Shown here piece by piece: positions 52,961 to 64,000 of a stretch of 64,000 nt of DNA. The number at the start of each line of letters is the position of its first letter. Positions within the stretch are counted from its first letter, which is position 1. The notes under the pieces are model-generated. The model searched no databases. It was not told where the DNA came from and worked only from the letters and a program-made list of their open reading frames with translations. The position numbers were made by a program, and so were the translations under genes. This DNA comes from Octopus sinensis (taxonomy: Eukaryota). The stretch is from assembly GCF_006345805.1 (NCBI RefSeq), contig NC_042998.1, forward strand, positions 191,208,001 to 191,272,000. The letters are read 5' to 3'.

Positions 52961-53783
52961 AATAATATTATTGAAAGTTTCGACCAGCTAAGCCCTCGTC
53001 AGACTGAGTTGCATTGCAGATAATCTTGGCTTTATATAATCTCTGCTGAGACTAAGGAATCTTTTAAGGATCCACAAAAAATATGTGTATGGTATTATCT
53101 TTTATGTGGAAAGGTATTAAGGTCGTTGGTCAGTATGGTTCCCTCTAGCGGTTCATTTGTTTTATAAGCAATTTGGTTAATATGTAGTAATAACTCCACC
53201 CTCCAAATATAAACATGAAATGTCTTAAATAGCAACAAAAACAGTGAACTGATTGGCTAAAACATATCACTTACATTATTTTGTGAACTCTTTAAAAACT
53301 TTCATTACAAAAGCACAATTACTACATTTTTGAATGTAGACAAAATTTTAAACCTTTGGCATTAACATTGTAAAAGAAAAGGATTAAATCCAATAAAACC
53401 AAAAATAACTAACTCTACGGGCAGGCACTTCCTCTGATCAAAAACGTTTCTCATACCAACCTATATATTTTTTGTGAATCTCTAAAAAGAAATGCCATAC
53501 ACTGAAGCGGACGGACGTAAATATACACACCTTCTTAGAAACTTCTACGTACATGAATAAATTTCAAAACAAAAGTATAACCCTGAATTTAATCAATAAA
53601 TATTTCTCTGAAACACCTTTCCATCACAATCCACTCCAAAACATAATTACCACTACACGCAAAACTACATAACCAAGGATGATTTTAACTCAGCAGAGAC
53701 TATAAAAATCCAAGATTAACTTCAACGCATCGCAGTCCGCAGGTGAGGAAGCTGGTCGAAACTTTGAGTTCATTGTCAATAAT
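52961..53783. mobile_element. Penelope-like remnant with inverted pLTRs, each with a hammerhead-like motif
   Basis: 52969-53061 is an inverted copy of 53689-53783 (CTCAGCAGAGA...CCAAGATTA...GCTGGTCGAAACTTT). The minus strand has CUGACGA-G-GGC...GUC-GAAA at 53002-52978. The interior translates to GRHF...HE*ISKQKYNPEFN, which weakly resembles a GIY-YIG C-terminus. Confidence 0.55.
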
Positions 53784-53962
53784 GTTTTTGTTTTAGAATA
53801 ATAAATGTGTACCCTACAAGAGTTTAGAGTTACCCTTCAGATGAATGTAAGAAGTTTTTCATTATAGCTGAACATAAAACAGACATTAATATCTATCTAT
53901 ACATACGTGCGTGTGTATGCGTGCGTGCATGTGTGTGTGTATGTATGTGTATTAAATGTATT

Positions 53963-54030
<68 letters not shown>

Positions 54031-54109
54031 CATTCACATACAAATATATATAATATATACGTATAAGTATATATGAGTGTGTGTGCATGTGTGTATATTA
54101 TGTAAGTAT

Positions 54110-54282
54110 GTATGAATGTATTTATGTATCTATGTATGCATGTATGTAATGCATACCTACAAACATATACACATACATTATTTGAATACATACACAAATG
54201 CACACATATATGTATATGTACATACACTATATATTACTATGCTATTATATGTAGCCGTTCATATCTGTATACTGTGACCTTT
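54110..54282 (+). repeat. Direct repeat of about 173 bp, copy 2
   Basis: Matches 52009-52180 at an offset of 2101 bp. Confidence 0.85.
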
Positions 54283-54289
54283 ACCCCTG

Positions 54290-54450
<161 letters not shown>

Positions 54451-55084
54451 CAGGAGACGCCAGAATTAGAGAGTGACTGATAAAGAGAAATAACGTAACC
54501 CACCGAATGTGGAAGAAGTGCAAAGAAAGTTCAAGGGAGAAAGAGAGAGAGAGAGAAGAACATGAAAAGAGAAAATGGGAGTGATTGTGTTATAGAATGA
54601 TGGAGTGAATGAAATATATAACAGCTAATGTGATAGATAATGTGAACAGAATAGTTTGTTTCTGATGCATACATAACATCTCCGGTGAATCCAATCTATC
54701 TAAAATAATACATATCAAAAAGAATATAAGTAACGCCTGTGGAAACGTAAGCACGATGTTGTTCAGTTGAGGACTTTCGCTCCGTCGTATCACAAGCTTT
54801 TTGCCATAAACCTGCAACAATATTGACGTTAAAAGCGTTTTAAAAGCATTGGCTTTTGATGCAACCGGGGAGAGGCTAAAACTGTCAGACTTTTTCACTC
54901 GTTACGACTCCTTCACACTCAGTAGATCTGTTTATGTACTAGAGTGCAGGTACGCACATGAATGAAGAACTGGGAAACGGATAAACGGCATTATTGGTGT
55001 AATATTGGTGAGAGCAAAACGTGATTGCAAAAATTGCAATATGTCATAAAACCCATTGTAAAAGAAGTAATACACTAATAAATT

Positions 55085-55126
55085 ATATATATATATATAT
55101 ATCATATATATATATATATAATATAT

Positions 55127-55191
<65 letters not shown>

Positions 55192-55194
55192 TAT

Positions 55195-55241
<47 letters not shown>

Positions 55242-55307
55242 ATATCTATATATATATGTGTGTGTGTGTAGAGATAGATAGATATACACACACACACACA
55301 CACATAT

Positions 55308-55350
<43 letters not shown>

Positions 55351-55360
55351 CATATATACA
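55085..55360. repeat. (TA)n/(CA)n compound microsatellite
   Basis: Read directly. Confidence 0.95.
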
Positions 55361-57235
55361 TATAATATATATGATGTGTGTTAGGTAGTGTGTGGCAGTG
55401 TGTATATGTGTGTACAAAGAGAAGAATATGTTTCGCATAATGTCTGTGTATATATGAACGTGTGAACGTGGTAACTTTAAAGCGGTTTTGATTAGAAAAA
55501 ACAATAGTTTTCTTTGATTATTATTAATGGTTGTATTCTGTTTTAACATAATAATTTGGCATTACATTAGAATACAATGTGTGATGTAAACGATATTCTA
55601 AAACATATTCGAAGTGGTAAATTTAAATAATTTTGACGTTAAATTTTCCAAGGAACAGCGAAATATAGTTTTCAGTGTGTCAGCATTTTAAGTGATGGAG
55701 GTATGTTATTTTTTTTTTAGGTATATAATTTAATTTCAAAGGATACAAAATACAGCATACATTATAAAGGGATTACTAGTGTGGATTCAACGAAATCTAT
55801 ATAAACAGACACTGAATGTAAAGATTATTATAAGACACATTTTGGAAAATCCTATATCTAACAGCGGAGATAAATGAACCAATACGGATAGTCATGTATA
55901 AGACAAATGAAAATCTTTTTTATATATTTTATACTGTAAATATAGTCACGTATTTATAATATTTATATTTCGGAAATTAGCATGATTCAATATTGAGATG
56001 TATTTAGGAGCTATTTCAATATATTTCAATTATAAGTCTATTCGAATTGAATATATTAAAGCATATGTCAATGGCAAATCAGTATCGTTTTACTTGAACT
56101 TTAGAAACTATAGACTTCATATTTTCCCCTATATCGATTGGTAAGCGCATACGAAATGGAATTATAGCAACGTAGGGCGAGATAACGTATTCAGATATAA
56201 TATATTTAAAACATATCTAATGTTATTTTTTTGATACTTTTATAAGAAATTGCTTTTTGAAACAAACTATGCTACCGAGATTTATCTTGGCCTAATTTTC
56301 CATGATTCGTTCTACCATTGATCTTCATTTTATTAAAATAAATAATTATAATAAATAATTCAATTTGTTACACCTATTAGCCAATCATCTTTCTTAAACT
56401 TATATTCACGTAGAAACTTCCATTTAATTATATTTCGACTATTTATTCCATCAAAACCTAATTTAGTTTTATAAAATATTCATAATTTTCTCTCGAAAAC
56501 TTGTTCCAATCGACTACTCCCGAGCGTATACGAATTTTAACCGCGGATTACCACATTCTAAAAATATTGTATTTATTTACTTAAAATGTGCGCATACTAA
56601 TTTTCTCAAATTCTGAAACATCAAGAATAATACACTTTGCCTCAGAACATTCTGTCATTTCTCCACACAACTATTATTATCAGTTCTCTTGTTTCTTGCT
56701 TTTTCTAATGACAAAATGAGCAAAGGGAATTATAAATTTATGTAGATCTCATAGAAAATCTGTTTAGAAAATGAATTTATTGAAATAGAAAATATATATT
56801 TGTGATCAATGTTTAATGAAGCATTTTTGTTCATAGCACTACATGTACACACGCACGCACACACGCACACATGTTTGCGTGTGCTTGTGTGTGTGCTTGT
56901 GTATGTGTTCTTGTGCGTGTGTGTGTGTATATGTGATAAAGAAGATACGTTCAAATACTTTAACAAAAAAATTACCCAGTTTATAGTTTTATGCCTTCAC
57001 CATGTAACGAGTCAGGTATTAGAATATTTACTAATATTTCCGTAGATATTAACGCCTGTAATCTCAATAGTCTAGAATAATTCGTAAATGTTATGGGTAA
57101 TAACCCTTCACTGTGATTAATGTATTTTATACAAATTTTCTTATAATAAATTACTGATTGCTGTGAACGTAAATGAGCTTAAATAGGTCTTATCACAATC
57201 GCCGCACAGATATGGTTGGGAAAATGATTTAACTA

Positions 57236-58527
57236 TCTGGTCATCCCATAAGTTCTGTCCGATTTTACCTTTTTTAAAATTGAATGAAATTTAATAGTAT
57301 TTTAGAATGTCTAATTGAATTAAATATTAAATATTTATTTTTATGCATTTGTGTACATTGAAACTAATTAAATACTATTTTACAGAATAATAGAATAAAA
57401 ATTTCATTGATTAAAACCCTTTCTAACATAGAAGTGTCCAAAGAACATTTAAGGCACAGAATGCTTTATGAGTACCAAAAAGGAAACTCTGCAGCTGAAG
57501 GGACTCGAAACATACACTCAGTTTATGGGAAAGAATGCTTGAATGAAAGAACTTGCAGAAGATGGTTTGCAGAATTCAGAAGTGGAGATTTCAGCCTTGA
57601 GGATGACGATCGAACAGGATGTCCAGTTGAGTTTGATGATAAGCTCTTTGAGGCATTACTTGAAGAAAATCCCGCATTATCAATTGAAGAATTGGCAATA
57701 AAGCTTAGTTCAAACCATACAACTGTTCGTTGTCCTCTTCAACAACTTGGAAAGGTTTCTAAACTTGGAAAATGGGTGCCTCATGAATTGTCCGAAAGCA
57801 ACCGCAAATCCCGAGTTGACATCCACTTTTCTCTCCATTCTTGCGAACCCCTTTCACCCTTTTTTGGACAGACTTGCGACTGGTGACGAAAAATGGATCT
57901 TCATTCGAAATGTTAAACATCGTAAATAGTGTCTAGGTAAATGAGAAAAAGCTCAATCACAACCGAGAATGGAACTTCATGAGAAAAAGGTTCTCTCTAT
58001 CTGGTGGGATTGCAAAGGAGTAATTCATTTTGAATTGTTACCACATAATGCAACAATCAATGCTCAAGTCTAGTGTCAGCAATTAGAGCGTTTGAACCAA
58101 GCTTTGTAGAAAAAAGATACACTTTAGTGAATCGAAAAGGAATGATGTTTCATCAGGACAATGCGCGACCTCACACTGCAAAGATCACATCACAGAAGAT
58201 CGAAGAGCTTGGTTGGGAAAAAAATCCGCATCCAACTTATTCTCCCGACATTGCTCCTTCAGAATACCATTTGTTTCCTAGTTTACAGAATCATTTGGGG
58301 GACATAACTTTCGCAAGCCAAGAGGAGGTCGAAACTGACATTTCAGAGTTCTTCGCTTTGAAACCAAAAGAGTTTCATATTGATGGGATTAAAACGCTTT
58401 AAATAGATGGAAGGAAATCATAGATAATCAGGGAAAGTACATTGATGATTAAATTTCAATTAAATATAACATTTGATCACTTGTTTTCTTTATTCAAAAT
58501 TAGGACAGAACTTATGGGATGACCTGA
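57236..58527 (+). mobile_element. Full-length decayed mariner DNA transposon (1292 bp)
   Basis: TIRs TC(T/A)GGTCATCCCATAAGTTCTGTCC match at 24/25, with TA at 57234-35 and 58528-29. An internal transposase remnant is present and the length is typical of mariners. Confidence 0.97.
57428..58452 (+). pseudogene. Mariner transposase pseudogene
   Basis: Motifs: an HTH region (RWFAEFRSGDFSLED), WVPHEL, TGDEKW, HQDNARPH and YSPDIAPSEYHLF. The probable start ATG has become ATA. There are several in-frame stops and at least 3 frameshifts. The stop TAA is at 58450-52. Confidence 0.95.
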
Positions 58528-59688
58528 TAGAATGACGTGGAGGGGTAGATATAGATGCAGAAAATACAAGAGTGTGTGAGGATGAGTAAGGTGGGAGATG
58601 TACAATGCAGAGGGAAGCAACGTTTAAGAGTGGTCAGAGTTTTTTAAAAAATTCGAAATTTGGAGATGTTAGTGTTAAGAGAAGAGACGTAGGCAATTAA
58701 GGAGGAAACAAACTCCGTAGATAACATGCTTCCGAAACTGTAATACGATTCCCATAAATAATGTTTATTATGTACACCGCAAAAAATATAGCATGTTAGA
58801 GATGATGCCTTTTAAGCAGTCGATCAAACATTCGTCTACTAGAATAATTGAATAATTGAATAATAGAATAATTGAAAGTTACCGAAAGTACATGTAAGGT
58901 AACGAGTTCGGAAAAATCTCGTTTGGTGTGTCTAGGGGCGATGGAACTACTGACTAAAACGTCGCATATTTTTGTATCCATCTTACGTTCTGCCATCATT
59001 CAACTCAATATATATCCACCAGTATCTTTTACAAAAACACAGTTTTATTGTCATATATGCTTTCTCTATCGACTCATCAAACTACCTGGGGTCATAAGCC
59101 CACTGAGTATCACTGAGTAAACTGAATCACAATATGGGCTTCAAAACGCTGAACAAACAAGTAAGCTTAATTCGGAAGAAATCACTTGAAAAGGCGACAA
59201 CATTTAGTTTCAGGATGAGTTCGACGAAGCGGAAAAGAGGCCTGGATTCAAGTATCATGCATACGCATGCATCCTATGGCTGGAGCCTATACAAACTTAG
59301 AGTTGCCGTTGTATTGAGAAGTAATTTTATGCAGCATAGAACTCATTTTATATGGTTTACAATCTTCCAACATCAAAAATTAAAAGTAAAGAGGAAATGA
59401 AATGTAGAGATCATCTTGAGCGTTGAAGGAAACCAATAAACAGATCTGAATTAGCAACAAGATCACGTTTTCTTGGTAGTCTAGTTTACAAGTCATTTGA
59501 ACATGTACTGTGATGTAAGAACCAATGATCTTCAGTCGTGATGCCTTGTTAAAATTCCTTATTAATCATTTCAAGTATTCCTAACCATTACATTTGTCCC
59601 TAACATAAATCTCAACAGTTTCCACAAATAATCCTTTGCTCTTCCTTTCATGTGTTATACCCCTCTCAATGTTTGTTCTCTTTTGCAT

Positions 59689-59734
<46 letters not shown>

Positions 59735-60516
59735 CTCTTTTTATCCATCGATACAGCTTTTTTCATGTTGAGTTCGGGCTTTGATGAATTAATCCGGCCT
59801 GGGAGGTAAAGAATCAACGTCTCGTGTTTTTGATTCCAGCGGCGATAAAGGATTTATATCCTGTTTGGCTACGACGCTGTTATTGAAATATTACAGGACT
59901 TAAAAGAATTGTTAACTGCTTTTAATTAATGTTCTAATATCATAATTACCATTAGTTATAGCTATTAACTGTATGCCATTGATCCCTATCTTTTTAATTC
60001 CCCCATATTAATGTTATTGATTTATAATTCAATATATAAGAAAGGCTTTGTCGGGAAACGTATATATCTTTAATAGTAAATATATATAATTTCACTAAAT
60101 AGCTCTTATCGAAATATATGATCATGTGAAATATTAAGAAATAGAGTTCTCTGGGAATATCATTATAGATATAAATTGCAAATAACTTCAATCATCTTTG
60201 ATATATATTTACGAATATTCTTTATGAAAGACTTTCTGAATGTTGTATTTTCCAATATTATATGTGTATTAATTTTGCATGTCATATATATATATATATA
60301 TATATATATGTAAGGTAAAATATATAATATATATTTTAAAGTTATATATACAGATATGATATATATATATATATATTTATATAGATAATAGGTAAAATTC
60401 ATATACATATATATATATATATATGGATTTTACTGTTGCATACCAAAAGTTAGAAAGAAAAATCTGAACCACAGTGAAATCGATAAATACTAGCTTTCTA
60501 CAAGTCGATATATAGG

Positions 60517-60547
<31 letters not shown>

Positions 60548-60661
60548 TACACACACACAAACACAGACACACACATGTATAGGGTGGGCCAACACTTAAA
60601 ATATCTAATAAGTTCTTAAAATTGTGTTTTAAATTTTCAATACCCTAGTATCATATACAGG

Positions 60662-60692
<31 letters not shown>

Positions 60693-60895
60693 CACACACG
60701 CACACACACACACACACACCCACGTATATATATAATATATATATATGTAACACATGTAAGTTAGCTGCAAAAATCAAATCTAGAAAAAAGTTTTTAAAAA
60801 ATTAATATTTCATCTTTCGTTGACTTTTGGACCTGTCTGTATACATAAATACATATATACCTATATAAATTCTTAGACACACACACACATACGTG

Positions 60896-60944
<49 letters not shown>

Positions 60945-61032
60945 CAAATACTGGTAAAAGTATGGAACAATTTTATTCTACGCTTTTATATATTTAAGGT
61001 GACTTCGACATAAATAATTTCTATAAACATTT

Positions 61033-61438
61033 AGGCGCAGAAGTGGCAGTGTGGTAAGTAGCTTGCTTACCAATCTCATGGTTCCAGGTTCAGTTCCATT
61101 GCGTACCACCTTGGGCAAGTGTCTTCTACTATAGCCTCGAGCCGACGAGCCGACCAAAGCCTTGTGAGTGGATTTGGTAGACGGAAACTGAAAGAAGCCC
61201 GTCGTATATTTGTATATGTGTGTCTGTGTTTGTGTGTCTGTGTTTGTCCCCTCAACATCGCTTGACAACCGATGCTGGTGTATTTACGTCCCCGTAACTT
61301 AGCGGTTCGGCAAACAGACCGATAGAATAAGTACTAGGCTTTCAAAGAATAAGTCCTGGAGTCGACTTTCTCGACTAAAGGCGGTGTTCCAGCATGGCCG
61401 CAGGGAAATGACGGAAACAAGTAAAATGCTTAAAGAGT
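61033..61438 (+). mobile_element. SINE group B, full length
   Basis: AGGCGCAGAAGTGGCAGTGTGGTAAG head through the GAAACAAGTAAAA tail, with an internal GAGCCGAC duplication. Confidence 0.92.
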
Positions 61439-62284
61439 ATTTATAACAAAAGTGAGAAGGTTAGAAGTGAAAAAGGAAAAATAAGGAGCTACATATTGTT
61501 TCGATTTGTAGAAAATATTTTATTACGAATTTTACTTACGAGTTTTTCGGTTAAAAGGGGTTTTTATGTGGTACATGAAAGAAGTCACATCCAGCTGAAC
61601 TGACTCCTTCTTTTTCGTGTTCTCTTCCATCCTTCTCACTTTTGTTAGATATATTTATATGAATTATATACGGCAAACTCACTCCCAAGAATACGTATAT
61701 CAATATAATTTCAGCTTTTTAAATTTTACTGTAATTTTTCCATATTCTTTCCGATTTAATGATGAAATAAGCATACCGACACACATACATACATAGATTC
61801 TTACGCACACACATATGCACATGCATACGCGCACATATATACACACACTGAAATATATATGTATATTTTTAGGTTTATTTATGGAGAAAATATGGTACTT
61901 TGTTTAAAGCTCTTCACCTTTCACCGTTATTGCTCTTTAGAAGATTTGAAATCACTTTGCTCCTTGATAAATGCCTTTAAAAATGAAACGCACGTATCTA
62001 ATATGAGTAGAGCACAAAGTTTATGGCGTTTACTCTTCGGGTATCTTTCATTTATAGCGATAAAAGTTTCTAGTTTCTCTTGGCTAAAATGTTAAATCTG
62101 AGCAGTTGTTTCAAATAGATTTCTTATGAAGCAATATATGGCTTTTTTTCCGGGACATATACATTACAGTAAGCTGATTACTTTTTCTGTTTTTTTTTTG
62201 TGAACTGAGAGGCTGGTTTATTAAAGACCCCCTCCACAACCTCCATTCTTTTTTTTTTGGACCTATGAAAGGGATTATCATTGT

Positions 62285-62501
62285 AGGCAGTAAGCTGGGC
62301 GAATCCTTAGCACGCCGAACAAAAATGGCTAGCGATATTTCTTCCTGTTTTACGTTCTGAGTTGAAATTCTGCTGAAGTCGTCTTTGCCTTCCGTTCATT
62401 TAAGGTCGATAAATAAGTATCACTTTGGCACTGGATGTGATTTAATTGTATTGCCCCCACCCCAAAAGTTCGAGTCTTGTGCCTATAACCGAAAAGATTA
62501 T
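62285..62501 (+). mobile_element. SINE group A', old and diverged
   Basis: AGGCAGTAAGCTGG head, TTACGTTCTGAGTTGAAATTC and GGTCGATAAATAAGTA. Confidence 0.7.
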
Positions 62502-64000
62502 TATCTATAGCGTTGTGGTAATTAAACTTAATGTAATTTCTTTGTGCAGTTAAATATTTAACGCTCTTACGTATTTAACTCGATACCTATTTGCTTAGCG
62601 TTAAACGGTTTTTCATATGTAAAATCTGCATATATATTATCTATGTACGAGCACACATATGTGCATATATACATACCAATATAATATTATTCTTTTATAT
62701 TCTGGACACACAGAAATATTTGCGCTTGTACGTATATGCATAGTTCGCAATGACACATATACACGCACGCATATATCTCTATATATTAGTGTGGGCATGT
62801 ATGTGAGTGTGTGAATGTATGCTCGTTTGTGTATGTGTAAAGACGCATTTTATTTTAAAGTTTCATTTAAAAATAAAATATTACACATTTAGAAATATTC
62901 TATAACGTTTGAAAGAAAGTCAAAGAAAAATGACTTGAGAGTCAGTAAGGGGATTGAAAGTGATTGAGAAGAATCAATAAATATAATAGAACAAATTAAA
63001 TAGGTAAAATCTAAATAAAGAACATATCAGAGAAAACAATGCAATCAATAAAAAAATAAAAGATATTCTTAAAATATTGACCAGAAAATGGAAAAGTAAA
63101 TTATTTCTCTCGGAAAGTGATATTTTTTCGAATTTCTTGCACTTCTTCAGATTTAAGCCTATTTATAAAGAATATACCGAGACAAAAAAAAATATTTTAA
63201 AATAAATCACAGCAAAATGCAGATGTGCTTTGAATGTTCTCACACACTTGCCCATGATAACGCTGACGTACAATCCATAGTAGCATATACTTTGCTATTT
63301 CGAGACACACTGACAAACATTTCAAACCGTACACACACAAATATTGCAAATAATGAAAATAAGTATGTATTCAGAAGTATTATCCAACAGTACTGAGTAG
63401 CTTTCCGTCAAATTTTTTTTATGAATATTATATTTTGTTCTTTCGTGTTTTCCTTTGTGATTTCGGTTTATGCATATTTTACGCTATTATGTATTATTTT
63501 GCTAGTTTATTCATACAGTTGTGTTTAGTTTAGATTTAATTATTTTCTCATATTGTTCCTGTTTTCTAAGCTTATATAACATCTCCCCGACACTCGTATA
63601 TACTTGTTCGTGAACGTATGTGTCTTTGTGCAGGTGTATGTGTATACATACATATATAAACACACACACGTATATATTTGTGTCTAAATTCATAAATATA
63701 TGTGAGAAGGAGGGAGAGAGTGAGAAACAGAGAAAGAGAAAACATTCCATAGACATATGTACCCTTAACCTAGTTCTGAGGATCAGTGTGACAAGGCTGC
63801 ATTTTTGAATTATGAAAAACACCCGACGGGTTATATATGGTTAACGAGTCCATAATTGTACAGAAAGACAATGGAAATTAATGATTAACTACCTAGCCTT
63901 GATGCCGTGTGAATTGCGATCAATGTTTCTACGAGAAAGTAGAAATTAAATATAATTGCCTTCATATAGAATACTTGATTGTAAAGCCCTATGAATGTGA

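Noticed and set aside
54590-54898. 102-aa minus-strand ORF (MKKSDSFSLS...)
   Set aside because: It starts at a non-ATG codon, shows no recognisable motif, and its length is expected by chance.
60578-60605. TATAGGGTGGGCCA as a Tc1/mariner-like TIR
   Set aside because: I found no matching inverted partner in the window.

Overview
AT-rich eukaryotic non-coding DNA, packed with microsatellites, most likely from an octopus or other coleoid cephalopod (inferred from the repeat landscape, not a database search). I found no recognisable host protein-coding exon, rRNA, true tRNA or CRISPR array; nearly all ORFs in the track are microsatellite artefacts. Supported content: (1) about 17 copies of three tRNA-headed SINE groups (labelled A/A', B and C here); (2) one full-length but decayed 1292-bp mariner with TIRs and TA TSD; (3) a 518-bp pogo/Tigger-like MITE; (4) a probable non-autonomous Helitron; (5) several Penelope-like (PLE) fragments and foldback elements carrying minimal hammerhead-ribozyme-like motifs (CUGANGA...GAAA). 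The most interesting signals are a palindromic element joining two divergent tRNA-like Pol III heads to a hammerhead-bearing tail, SINE-A head-plus-tandem-body concatemers with an identical junction at two loci in two subfamilies, and the high density of hammerhead-like motifs from several families.
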